From a virus (Duplodnaviria > Heunggongvirae > Uroviricota > Caudoviricetes): 64,000 bases of DNA. The DNA is taken from positions 30,710-94,709 of IMG/VR virus record IMGVR_UViG_3300021399_000109. One strand, 5' to 3'. The notes below the pieces were generated by a model. The model ran no database searches. It was not told the origin of the DNA and was given only the letters and a program-made list of their open reading frames with translations. Position numbers and translations under genes: made by a program. This document shows, one piece after another, positions 55,630-63,930 of this stretch; positions within the stretch are counted from its first letter, which is position 1; every line of letters begins with the position of its first letter.

Positions 55630-55698
55630 TCTCCTTTTTTTTATTTTTTTAGTCGTTAAAAACTATTTTTTTTAAGTAATATTTTAAATGTCATTTTA

Positions 55699-55727
55699 AT
55701 AATAGCATAAAAAATAAGAGGTGTCAA
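55699..55727 (-). promoter_or_regulatory. Sigma-A-type promoter starting the leftward arm
   Basis: TTGACA-17-TATTAT with TG extension. Confidence 0.75.
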
Positions 55728-55840
55728 GGGGGGAATTTAAAAAAATATGTACCCCCCTGTTCCTGTTTTTCCTGTTCTTTCCTATTAATATATTATTAGT
55801 ATATTATTAGTATATTATATTAAATTATCATATTAATTAA

Positions 55841-55879
55841 TGTGGATAATGTGGATAGAGTGGATAATTTTGTGGATAA
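55841..55879. promoter_or_regulatory. Cluster of four DnaA-box-like 9-mers (origin candidate)
   Basis: TGTGGATAA (55841), TGTGGATAG (55850), AGTGGATAA (55859) and TGTGGATAA (55871); two are perfect reverse complements of TTATCCACA; AT-rich tract adjacent. Confidence 0.7.
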
Positions 55880-56034
55880 CATAAATAAAATATTTAATAT
55901 TAAATTATAAATAAAATTGTGTTTTGGGAGAAATGACGATAAAAGTAGCGATAATAAGGGATAATAAGAAGATAATAATTAAATAGGTAATTAAATAGGT
56001 AAAAACGTGGTTGAAATTATGTGGAATTATGGTT

Positions 56035-56063
56035 AGGATGTAGTCAGGATGTAGTCAGGATGT
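56035..56063 (+). repeat. 11-bp tandem repeat AGGATGTAGTC x2 plus partial third copy
   Basis: Read directly; other short tandem duplications flank it. Confidence 0.85.
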
Positions 56064-56252
56064 GTGGATGAAGTTCGTGCGGTGCGAGCCGATTTTCGGG
56101 TCTGCTCCATGGTTAAAAGTAGCCCTCCGATGTGAAAACAAACTATAATTTGTTGTTGCAATCCATAGGGAACGGATGTATATTTGAGTTGTGGAAAACA
56201 ATTTCCCGAAAAACAATACACAAACAGATGTTCGAAAAGGAGGAACAAAACA

Positions 56253-57149
56253 ATGTCAAGGAAAAATGCAAAGTGTACAAGGTGTGGTGTTATCATGGTA
56301 GCGGCTTCAATGGTAGCTACAGGATGCGCAAATAGGGGAGTTAACAAACGGTCTTTTATGTGCCCTGAATGTGCAAAAACAAATGAACGGTACGGAGCAA
56401 GGAACAATAAAGAAGTTGGTGGAGTTGAAAACGGTTTGCGCTATGGTATCGAGTTCGAATCAACTGCATCAACTGAATACTTCAGAAACATGATGTTTCG
56501 ATACGATTATATCGCCACTCATGACGGCTCTCTTAACAGTACAGGAGAGCGGCGGTATACAGTGGGTCGGAACGGCTGGTACACTGAATCATCCTGCGAA
56601 TATGTCAGTGCAACTAACAAGGGTTTAAAGCGATTTGCTAAGCAGTTCCTTGAAATTGAGAAATGCCACAACGAGGGACATGTTGAGTGGGACGATTCTT
56701 GTGGTACACATTGCCACATCTCTATCAACAACATGGAGAATGGTGAGATGAGTATGATTCGGGCCTATTACAATTCGCTATTCATGCCTTTACAGGCTGT
56801 AATGACTGCTAACCCTGTAAAGACTGAAGAGTTCTTTGGCCGCTATTTCTCATACTCCTTTGCTCGTGAAATCACGGAAAATACAAGAATGCGTGAAGAA
56901 GACCATGACGACCGTTACGCATGGATTAACGCCGTTCACAATAGCAATATTGAATTCCGTTTAAACAAGTTCCGCACGGCTGACCAAATGCTGACTTGTA
57001 TCAAATTTGAAACATGGGTTGTTAAGACCATTCTTAACAACTTCACAAGTAAATACAATAGCATCCCTCGTACGGAGCGCAAACAATTAGCAGTGAAAAC
57101 GGCAAACAAACTTGCCAAAAAGTTAGAATCTATCTACGCTGAAATGTAA
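56253..57149 (+). CDS. Putative amidoligase (COOH-NH2 ligase type 2) with N-terminal Zn finger
   Basis: AGGAGG RBS before ATG 56253; CTRC...CPEC; YGIEFE, HDGSL, DDSCGTHCHI, RYAWIN and IEFR motifs. Confidence 0.8.
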   Translation: MSRKNAKCTRCGVIMVAASMVATGCANRGVNKRSFMCPECAKTNERYGARNNKEVGGVENGLRYGIEFESTASTEYFRNMMFRYDYIATHDGSLNSTGERRYTVGRNGWYTESSCEYVSATNKGLKRFAKQFLEIEKCHNEGHVEWDDSCGTHCHISINNMENGEMSMIRAYYNSLFMPLQAVMTANPVKTEEFFGRYFSYSFAREITENTRMREEDHDDRYAWINAVHNSNIEFRLNKFRTADQMLTCIKFETWVVKTILNNFTSKYNSIPRTERKQLAVKTANKLAKKLESIYAEM

Positions 57150-57157
57150 CATTTTCG

Positions 57158-57194
57158 GGAATGGTTTCCAGTTGGAAACCATTCCTTTTTTTTT
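57158..57194 (+). terminator. Rho-independent terminator
   Basis: GGAATGGTTTCC-AGTT-GGAAACCATTCC plus T9. Confidence 0.9.
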
Positions 57195-57851
57195 GCCCTT
57201 CTATCCAATAATTGTTTTTAACAACTAAAATTTTGCTTTTCTCGTTTCCCTTTTTTTCAAGTTGTTAAAAACAATAAATAATCCTTAATTGTTTTCAACA
57301 ACTAAAATTTTGCAATCCCATGGTATCAACCTATAGTTTTCAACAACTAACTTTTACCCGTCCTTTTTTCAAGTTGTTAAAAACAATTATTTTCTCCTAC
57401 GTTTTCAAGTTGTTAAAAACAATTGGCAATCCTAAATTGTTTTTAACAACTAAAATTTTGCAATTCCCTTTTACCAGTTGTTAAAAACAATAATTAATCC
57501 TATTTCCATGTACTCCCCTTTTTTTAAGTTGTTAAAAACAATGTTTCCCTATGCGTCATTTTCAAGTTGTTGAAAACAATAATCAATCCTATTATTTTCA
57601 AGTTGTCAAAAACAATTGGCAATTCGAAAAAAGACAAGTTGTTAAAAACAAAATTCCGTTTTCTGAATTGTTAAAAACAATCTTAATAATTTTCAAGTTG
57701 TCGAAAACAATTAAGCCCGATTCAAATTTTCAAGTTGTTAAAAACAATGTTTTATTCCTTCAGTTGTTAAAAACATTCTTTTATCCGTTAACTGTTAAAA
57801 ACTATTATATTAATTGTCAAAAACTTTATATTGCCTATGTTCAAAAAGTCA

Positions 57852-58158
57852 GTTGTTCAAAACTATTTTTCTGTTTTTCAGTTGTCAAAAACATCATTTT
57901 AATTTTTCAAGTTGTCAAAAACTTTTAACAATTATCTCAATTGTTAAAAACTATTCTAATATTTCTCAAGTTGTCAAAAACTTTTACATTTTTCTTTAAT
58001 TGTTAAAAACTATCCATATATTCCGTTAATTGTTAAAAACATTTAATAATCATTTCAATTGTTAAAAACTATCTTAATATTCTGATAATTGTTAAAAACT
58101 ATTAACAATTATCTTAATTGTTAAAAACATTCAAAGATATTAATCAGTTGTTAAAAAC
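57852..58158 (+). repeat. Phased direct-repeat array: 11 motif copies at alternating 29/30-bp spacing
   Basis: Starts at 57852, 57881, 57911, 57940, 57970, 57999, 58029, 58058, 58088, 58117 and 58147; spacers differ in sequence. Confidence 0.9.
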
Positions 58159-58712
58159 TATCTGTTTATTGATTAGTTTTTAACAACTAACCTTTTATAT
58201 AATTGTTTTTAACAACATTTAATATTATTTATATTTTATCAATTGTTAAAAACATTCATTAATTAACATAGTTTTTAACAACTGGATAAATCATAGTTAA
58301 TTGTTAAAAACTATCTATTATTTTTCAAGTTGTTAAAAACAATTAAAGATTATTAATAGTTTTTAACAACTATATTTTTACCTATTCACTATTATACATG
58401 ATATATAACATATACTTTATATATAATATCTATTCTATATATAATCTATATTCCATATAGATTATATATTCCATATAGAATATCTATCAACAATATAACG
58501 GTTTTCAAGTTGTTAAAAACAATAATCAATCCTAAACTGTTTTTAACAACTTTGTTCTCTTCTCTGCCCTTCTATCTTCCAATAATGGGAACCATAACGC
58601 AAACAAAAAAATAAGTTGTTAAAAACAAAAAACACTCCTGACACTCCGGCAACTTGTTTCTTCCTATATAAGGAATTAAAAAAATCTTTTTTCAAAAAAT
58701 CAAAAAAATGTG

Positions 58713-58741
58713 TTGACGGTTCTTTTATAGTGTAGTATTGT
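58713..58741 (+). promoter_or_regulatory. Cassette 1 promoter
   Basis: A-tract UP element, TTGACG-17-TATTGT. Confidence 0.7.
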
Positions 58742-58787
58742 TAACTCAACCGAAAAACATTTTTTTATTTCATAGGAGGTCTTACTC

Positions 58788-59078
58788 ATGAAAAAAGCAA
58801 ACGCAACTCTTGCAACTCTTGACAATGGTTTCTATTTTGTCCCCATTGCGGAGGGTCTTCTTGCCTATGTAATGTGTACAGATGGGCTTAAATGTTTCAC
58901 TACCAACGAAAACCCGATTGAGATTGAGGGTTTAGCATATGAAAACGCTATGGAGTACTGGGACGCTCTCAATAATAACACTTTAGAGATGGTAGAACAT
59001 ACAAAAAAAGAAGCAAAAGAAATTATCAGTAGAGAATTAAATGGTCGCAAAATTTACGAAGTTTTCCTTGTCGATTAA
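58788..59078 (+). CDS. Cassette 1 early protein (96 aa)
   Basis: AGGAGG RBS; terminator 59088-59121. Confidence 0.85.
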   Translation: MKKANATLATLDNGFYFVPIAEGLLAYVMCTDGLKCFTTNENPIEIEGLAYENAMEYWDALNNNTLEMVEHTKKEAKEIISRELNGRKIYEVFLVD

Positions 59079-59610
59079 CACAAGGGAACAGGGAACATGA
59101 AAATGTTCCCTGTTTTTTTTTATGCCTATAGGAAAATTGTTTTTAACAACTTAAAAAACAGAAACGGAACCATAAAAAAATAAAGTTGTTAAAAACAATT
59201 AATAATCCAAAATTATTTTTAACAACTGTAAAAATATAAAAATATAAAAATATAATTTTTAACAACTGAAAAATAAAAAAGAAAAATCAGTTGTTAAAAA
59301 TAATAGAAATAATTCCTATTAAAGCAATATGTTTAACATACTTTATAATAATAGTTTTTAACAACTAAAAATCAATCCATACAGGAGAACAAGAATAATT
59401 GTTTTTAACAACTAAAAAATTCCTACGTCCTGCAAGGCAAATAATATTTCCTGCAAGCGAAACAATAAAATTAAGTTGTTAAAAACAATTGCCCGAACAA
59501 GGGAAACCGAACAAGGGAAAATTAAATTGTTAAAAACAATTATTTTCATTCAAGCGAAATAAAAAATCAAGTTGTTAAAAACAAATACCCAAAACAAAAT
59601 AAAAAAAGTG

Positions 59611-59639
59611 TTGACTTAACCAAAAAAAGGGAGTATTCT
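59611..59639 (+). promoter_or_regulatory. Cassette 2 promoter
   Basis: TTGACT-17-TATTCT. Confidence 0.75.
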
Positions 59640-59684
59640 ATAACCATAAACAAATACCGCACCAATACAGGACAGGAGGATAAC

Positions 59685-60023
59685 ATGGTCATTAAAGTTA
59701 AAAGCTGGTTTTATCAGCAGGAACAGACAAAAGCAGGCAGATATAACTTTACTTTAAAATGGGATACAGTGATTAAAAATACAGGAACAGTTAACCCTGA
59801 GACCCGCTCAAAATGGAAGGAAGTCGGGAACTGTTTTTATGGCAAAGTGGTTAAGGAAACAGAGAAGGCAATACAGGTTGAGCTGTTTTACTGGAACCTT
59901 AACAAGAGCCGTAATTATCGCTATTTAACCGATTTACCGCTTGAAAAAGATAAGCGGTGGAAAACATGGATACCCAAATCTGTTTTACTGGATGAGGGTA
60001 TGCCGAAATATTTTCCCAATTAA
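59685..60023 (+). CDS. Cassette 2 early protein (112 aa)
   Basis: AGGAGG RBS; ETEKAIQVEL...WIPKS; terminator 60025-60052. Confidence 0.85.
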   Translation: MVIKVKSWFYQQEQTKAGRYNFTLKWDTVIKNTGTVNPETRSKWKEVGNCFYGKVVKETEKAIQVELFYWNLNKSRNYRYLTDLPLEKDKRWKTWIPKSVLLDEGMPKYFPN

Positions 60024-60256
60024 TAAAAAAAGCGGAATTTTCCGCTTTTTTTATTTTGTCCCTAATTTTAAGTTGTTAAAAACAATCACAAAAACAATTG
60101 TTTTTAACAATTGTTTTTTTCTCTATAAAATTTAAGTTGTTAAAAACAAAAAGGAATCAACAATAGTTTTTAACAACTAAAAAAATTCTTACCGTTTAAC
60201 ATTTTCAAGTTGTTAAAAACTTTAAAAAAAATTTTTTTATTTTTTTTAAAAAGGGA

Positions 60257-60285
60257 TTGACTTTCCAAAAAAGATAAGATATACT
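60257..60285 (+). promoter_or_regulatory. Cassette 3 promoter
   Basis: TTGACT-17-TATACT. Confidence 0.8.
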
Positions 60286-60333
60286 TAACACATCAAGCGA
60301 ACAACAAATATTTTTTTACAGGAGGATAAAATA

Positions 60334-60546
60334 ATGACAATTTACACGGAAGAGAATGGCAACATCTATAACGAGAATCATGAGGAAGTCTGGGAAGGCT
60401 TCAAAGAGGGGGATGTTTTACTCCTTGAAAATATGCCTTTTGACCTGTGGGATGAATCCACATGGTCATTTATTCACGCAACAGGCGTTGCAATTTATAC
60501 AGGGAGGGGGTGGAGTAATCAGTACGAAAACGAAAACATTGCTTAA
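60334..60546 (+). CDS. Cassette 3 early protein (70 aa, acidic)
   Basis: AGGAGG RBS; terminator AAAGTGCC-GAAA-GGCACTTT 60549-60574. Confidence 0.85.
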   Translation: MTIYTEENGNIYNENHEEVWEGFKEGDVLLLENMPFDLWDESTWSFIHATGVAIYTGRGWSNQYENENIA

Positions 60547-60760
60547 ATAAAAAAGTGCCGAAAGGCACTTTTTTATTTTTTTTTGTTTCTTTAAAGTTTT
60601 TAACAACTAAAAAAATACAAAAAGAAAAATAAAGTTGTTAAAAACAATCAAACGCAAATAAAAAAAATCAGTTGTTAAAAACAATTAGCAATCCTAAATT
60701 ATTTTTAACAACTGTAAAAATATATAAAAAAACAAAGTTGTCGAAAACAATAAAGAATCC

Positions 60761-60820
60761 TTAATAGTTTTTAACAACTGAAAAATTGAAAAAATTTTTT
60801 CAGTTGTTAAAAACTATTAA
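60761..60820. repeat. Perfect 25-bp inverted repeat formed by two motif copies
   Basis: TTAATAGTTTTTAACAACTGAAAAA / TTTTTCAGTTGTTAAAAACTATTAA with 10-nt loop. Confidence 0.9.
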
Positions 60821-60855
60821 GTCCCAATTTCCAGAAAAAAAATTTAAAAAAATAG

Positions 60856-60884
60856 TTGCATTATCTAAAATATTCTGTTATGCT
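60856..60884 (+). promoter_or_regulatory. Cassette 4 promoter
   Basis: TTGCAT-17-TATGCT with TG extension. Confidence 0.7.
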
Positions 60885-60928
60885 ATATACAACTTAAAAC
60901 ACCGCACCAAATACAGGAGGATGATATT

Positions 60929-61201
60929 ATGAAGAACCTTATTTGTTTTGATTTATTTAGTCGTGGTTTTGTTCCTAAAGTTGATATAGAGGGAACAGTT
61001 TCCGAAAATCTGTTTGTTTATAAAAAAGGTAGTATCTGCAATTTCACTGAAGTTACAGTTTGCGAGTGTAGCCCTGAAAAAGTCGTGGTTGTTATCCATA
61101 ACGAATACTACGATGGAGAAACAGACAGAGAAGAAACAAAGTTCTATAAAATGCGTCCCGAAGAAATGAAAGATTTTTTTGACAAACATTATATAAGATA
61201 A
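60929..61201 (+). CDS. Cassette 4 early protein (90 aa)
   Basis: AGGAGG RBS; terminator AAAGTGCC-AAAA-GGCACTTT near 61200-61228. Confidence 0.85.
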   Translation: MKNLICFDLFSRGFVPKVDIEGTVSENLFVYKKGSICNFTEVTVCECSPEKVVVVIHNEYYDGETDREETKFYKMRPEEMKDFFDKHYIR

Positions 61202-61502
61202 AAGTGCCAAAAGGCACTTTTATTTTTTTATATACTTTTTTAAAGTTTTTAACAACTGAAAAAAATATATAAAAAAAATCAGTTGTTAAAAACAATTAAT
61301 AATCAATCAATAAAAATAGTTTTTAACAACAACAAAAATATTAACCAATAAATCAGAAAAGAAAAGTTTTTAACAACTGAAAAATTATAAAAAATCAGTT
61401 GTTAAAAACAAAAATAAATAACCAGATAACTAAGAGGGAAAGTTTTTAACAACTGAAAAAAAATATCCGAAAAAATTTTTTAAAAAAAATTCAAAAAAAC
61501 AC

Positions 61503-61530
61503 TTGCAATTTAAAATCAATCTGCTATAAT
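61503..61530 (+). promoter_or_regulatory. Cassette 5 promoter
   Basis: TTGCAA-16-TATAAT with TG extension. Confidence 0.75.
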
Positions 61531-61579
61531 AAAGACATCAGCAAACAACACAACACATTTTTTTACAGGAGGTCACACA

Positions 61580-61816
61580 ATGACAAAATACACACAGAAG
61601 GCACTTCGAGAAATGGTTAGGAATAATGTAGCCGTAAACATTACCAATGGCACGAACGAAACCAGAAAAGAAATCGAAAAAAAAGAAGGGTATTTAACCC
61701 AAATCGGTTATGCTTGCGGTATTTACGGTTGCAATGGAATGCTCTTTAAGGGGCATAACACCAATGAATTGTATGCCGTAACAGACAGAACAATGGCTAT
61801 TTACATCTTCGGATGA
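61580..61816 (+). CDS. Cassette 5 early protein (78 aa)
   Basis: AGGAGG RBS; GYACGIYGCNG; terminator ATGAGGGA-GCAA-TCCCTCAT 61818-61847. Confidence 0.85.
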   Translation: MTKYTQKALREMVRNNVAVNITNGTNETRKEIEKKEGYLTQIGYACGIYGCNGMLFKGHNTNELYAVTDRTMAIYIFG

Positions 61817-62115
61817 TAAAAATGAGGGAGCAATCCCTCATTTTTTTATTTCTATATTCCCTTAAAGTTTTTAACAACTAAAAAAATATAAAGGGAAAAA
61901 TAAAGTTGTTAAAAACAATTAAAAAAAGAAAAGTTTTTAACAACTGAAAAAAATAAAATTAGTTGTTAAAAACAATAAATAATCAATCAACAAAAATAGT
62001 TTTTAACAACTGAAAAACAATAACTAAAAAAATCAGTTGTCAAAAACAATAAAAATCTATAATAGTTTTTAACAACTTTAGAAAAAATTTTTTAAAAAAA
62101 AATAAAAAAAATATA

Positions 62116-62144
62116 TTGACTTTTTAAAAAAATCATATTATGAT
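62116..62144 (+). promoter_or_regulatory. Cassette 6 promoter
   Basis: TTGACT-17-TATGAT. Confidence 0.8.
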
Positions 62145-62188
62145 TAATACAACAACAAACAAGCCACCAATCAAAGGAGAATAGTATT

Positions 62189-62365
62189 ATGGCAAGAACA
62201 GCAAAGGAATATAGCGAAATCTTACGGTCTGTAATAACAATGAGTGTTCAAGAAATCTTCGCAAATCCCAATTATGAGACAAACGATTACTTACAGGGAT
62301 ATGCCTCGGGATTGCTTGAAGCAATCGACAAAATTAATAAAAGTCAGTTTTTAGTAGAAGATTAA
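62189..62365 (+). CDS. Cassette 6 early protein (58 aa, MARTAKEYSEILRSV...)
   Basis: Hand-translated, below track cutoff; AAAGGAG RBS; terminator 62373-62404. Confidence 0.8.
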   Translation: MARTAKEYSEILRSVITMSVQEIFANPNYETNDYLQGYASGLLEAIDKINKSQFLVED

Positions 62366-62599
62366 AACTGATAAAAACAGGGGCTGAAAAGTCCCTGTTT
62401 TTTTATATCTATCTTTTTTTAGTTGTTAAAAACAATAAGCAATCAATCATTATTTTTAACAACTAAAAAATTGTATTTTTTCAAATTGTTAAAAACAATA
62501 AAAATATAATATAGTTTTTAACAACTAAAAACATAATTATATTTTCCAGTTGTTAAAAACTATAATTAATAATTGGGATAAAAAAAATAAAAAAAATAC

Positions 62600-62628
62600 T
62601 TGACAATAAAAATATAAACCATTATAAT
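62600..62628 (+). promoter_or_regulatory. Cassette 7 promoter
   Basis: Perfect TTGACA-17-TATAAT. Confidence 0.85.
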
Positions 62629-62674
62629 TAAGGTACAATTAATTAGTTGCAAATAATTGCGGAGGGCAAAAAAA

Positions 62675-63082
62675 ATGACTATTAAAGAAAATGAAAATTT
62701 TAATAATATTTCACTTTATCCCCTTAATATAAATGAAAAAAATTTGAAAAAGGCAGGTAAGTCTTACCATATGAACAACCGAAATAACAGGTTTAAAAAT
62801 GTTTTGGAAATTGAGAGAGAAAAACTAAAAATTGACAAAAGTTTCTTGGTTGATAAAGGGCATAAAAACGGTCAGGAAGTCCACGTTGTAACAACAAACG
62901 GCATTATTTTTATCTATAACTTTATGAAATTATTTTCTTGTTCGCAAAATGCACTTGTTACAGTTTTAATAGCAAGACCTAATCAGGTGACAAGATTATA
63001 TAACGCTTGCAATCTCACACCAGACAAAGAAATTATTAATAAATGCTTTGAACATGTAAAGCAAGGATTGAATAATTGTTAA
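62675..63082 (+). CDS. Cassette 7 early protein (135 aa)
   Basis: GGAGG RBS before ATG 62675; VDKGH..G.EVH and VTVLIARPNQ; terminator 63088-63118. Confidence 0.8.
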   Translation: MTIKENENFNNISLYPLNINEKNLKKAGKSYHMNNRNNRFKNVLEIEREKLKIDKSFLVDKGHKNGQEVHVVTTNGIIFIYNFMKLFSCSQNALVTVLIARPNQVTRLYNACNLTPDKEIINKCFEHVKQGLNNC

Positions 63083-63329
63083 AAGGGAAACAGGGATTTA
63101 AATCCCTGTTTCTTTTTTAATTTTAAGGGAAACATAGTTTTTAACAACTAAAAAAATAAAATTTAAGTTGTTAAAAACAATAAACAATCCAAAATTGTTT
63201 TTAACAACTTAAAAAAAAATAAAAAAATATCAGTTGTTAAAAACAATTAAACACGAAACAAAATTTTAATTGTTAAAAACAATAAATTAATAAATCAAAA
63301 ATTTTTTTATAATTTAAATAAAAAATAGC

Positions 63330-63358
63330 TTGACAATTATATAAAAAAAGGTTATCAT
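63330..63358 (+). promoter_or_regulatory. Cassette 8 promoter
   Basis: TTGACA-17-TATCAT. Confidence 0.8.
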
Positions 63359-63407
63359 TAAGATACAAAAACAAAGCAAACAATCAACCAAAAAAGGAGA
63401 TTTAATT

Positions 63408-63698
63408 ATGAGCAGAACATGGACACAGGACGAAATTAGAGTGCTTATACAGACCAATGATAAGGTTTTGTATGGGGCTTTAAAAAAGCTTTACGCTTGC
63501 CAGACAGCAGAAGAGCAAGCTACAAGTACAACAAATGTACAGAATGGGACAGGGTTTAACGGAGTTGATGCTCCTATTCTGACAAGTTTTGCACAGTTTT
63601 TAGAACGTACTGGATTTTTAACTCCCAGACAGAAAGCACTTGCCAGAAAGAAGTTAAAAAAATATAATAGGCAGTTGACAGCATTAGCCAACGCCTAA
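63408..63698 (+). CDS. Cassette 8 early protein (96 aa)
   Basis: AAAGGAG RBS; QTAEEQ...NGTGFNGVDA...KKYNRQL; terminator 63698-63734. Confidence 0.85.
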   Translation: MSRTWTQDEIRVLIQTNDKVLYGALKKLYACQTAEEQATSTTNVQNGTGFNGVDAPILTSFAQFLERTGFLTPRQKALARKKLKKYNRQLTALANA

Positions 63699-63901
63699 AA
63701 AAGAAAAGCGGATTTTTCCGCTTTTCTTTTTTTTATAAAACTTTTCAAGTTGTTAAAAACAATAAATCCTTAAACGGAAACAATTATTTTTTTACAGTTG
63801 TTAAAAACAATAGTAAAAAAATAGTTTTTAACAACTAATTTTTTAAAAAATAGTTTTTAACAACTGTAAAAAAAATATTTAAAAAAAAATAAAATAATTA
63901 C

Positions 63902-63930
63902 TTGACATATAAAAAGAAATCTATTAAAAT
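63902..63930 (+). promoter_or_regulatory. Cassette 9 promoter (ORF starts 63988 and runs off window)
   Basis: TTGACA-17-TAAAAT, followed by AAAGGAAAG and ATG. Confidence 0.75.

Larger units (their letters stand above)
57211..63866. repeat. Dispersed intergenic family of 12-bp motif RTTGTTAAAAAC (about 88 copies, both orientations, nine clusters)
   Basis: Manual count including close variants: 39 in 57211-58626, then 10, 5, 7, 6, 7, 5, 5 and 4 between successive cassettes; none seen inside the cassette ORFs. Confidence 0.95.

Noticed and set aside
57551-57999. Plus-strand ORFs of 125 and 61 aa
   Set aside because: They are translations of the repeat motif (recurrent QVVKN), lack a convincing RBS, and are unlike the true cassettes.
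57211-58626. CRISPR array interpretation of the repeat region
   Set aside because: Repeats are only about 12 bp, spacers 17-18 nt and AT-rich, orientation is mixed, and no cas genes are in the window.
57211-63866. Motif as canonical Spo0A, WalR or PhoP sites (TGTCGAA in two copies; TGTTAA/TTAACA hexamer)
   Set aside because: Only two copies match the 0A box, and the 11-bp direct-repeat spacing typical of OmpR-family sites is absent.
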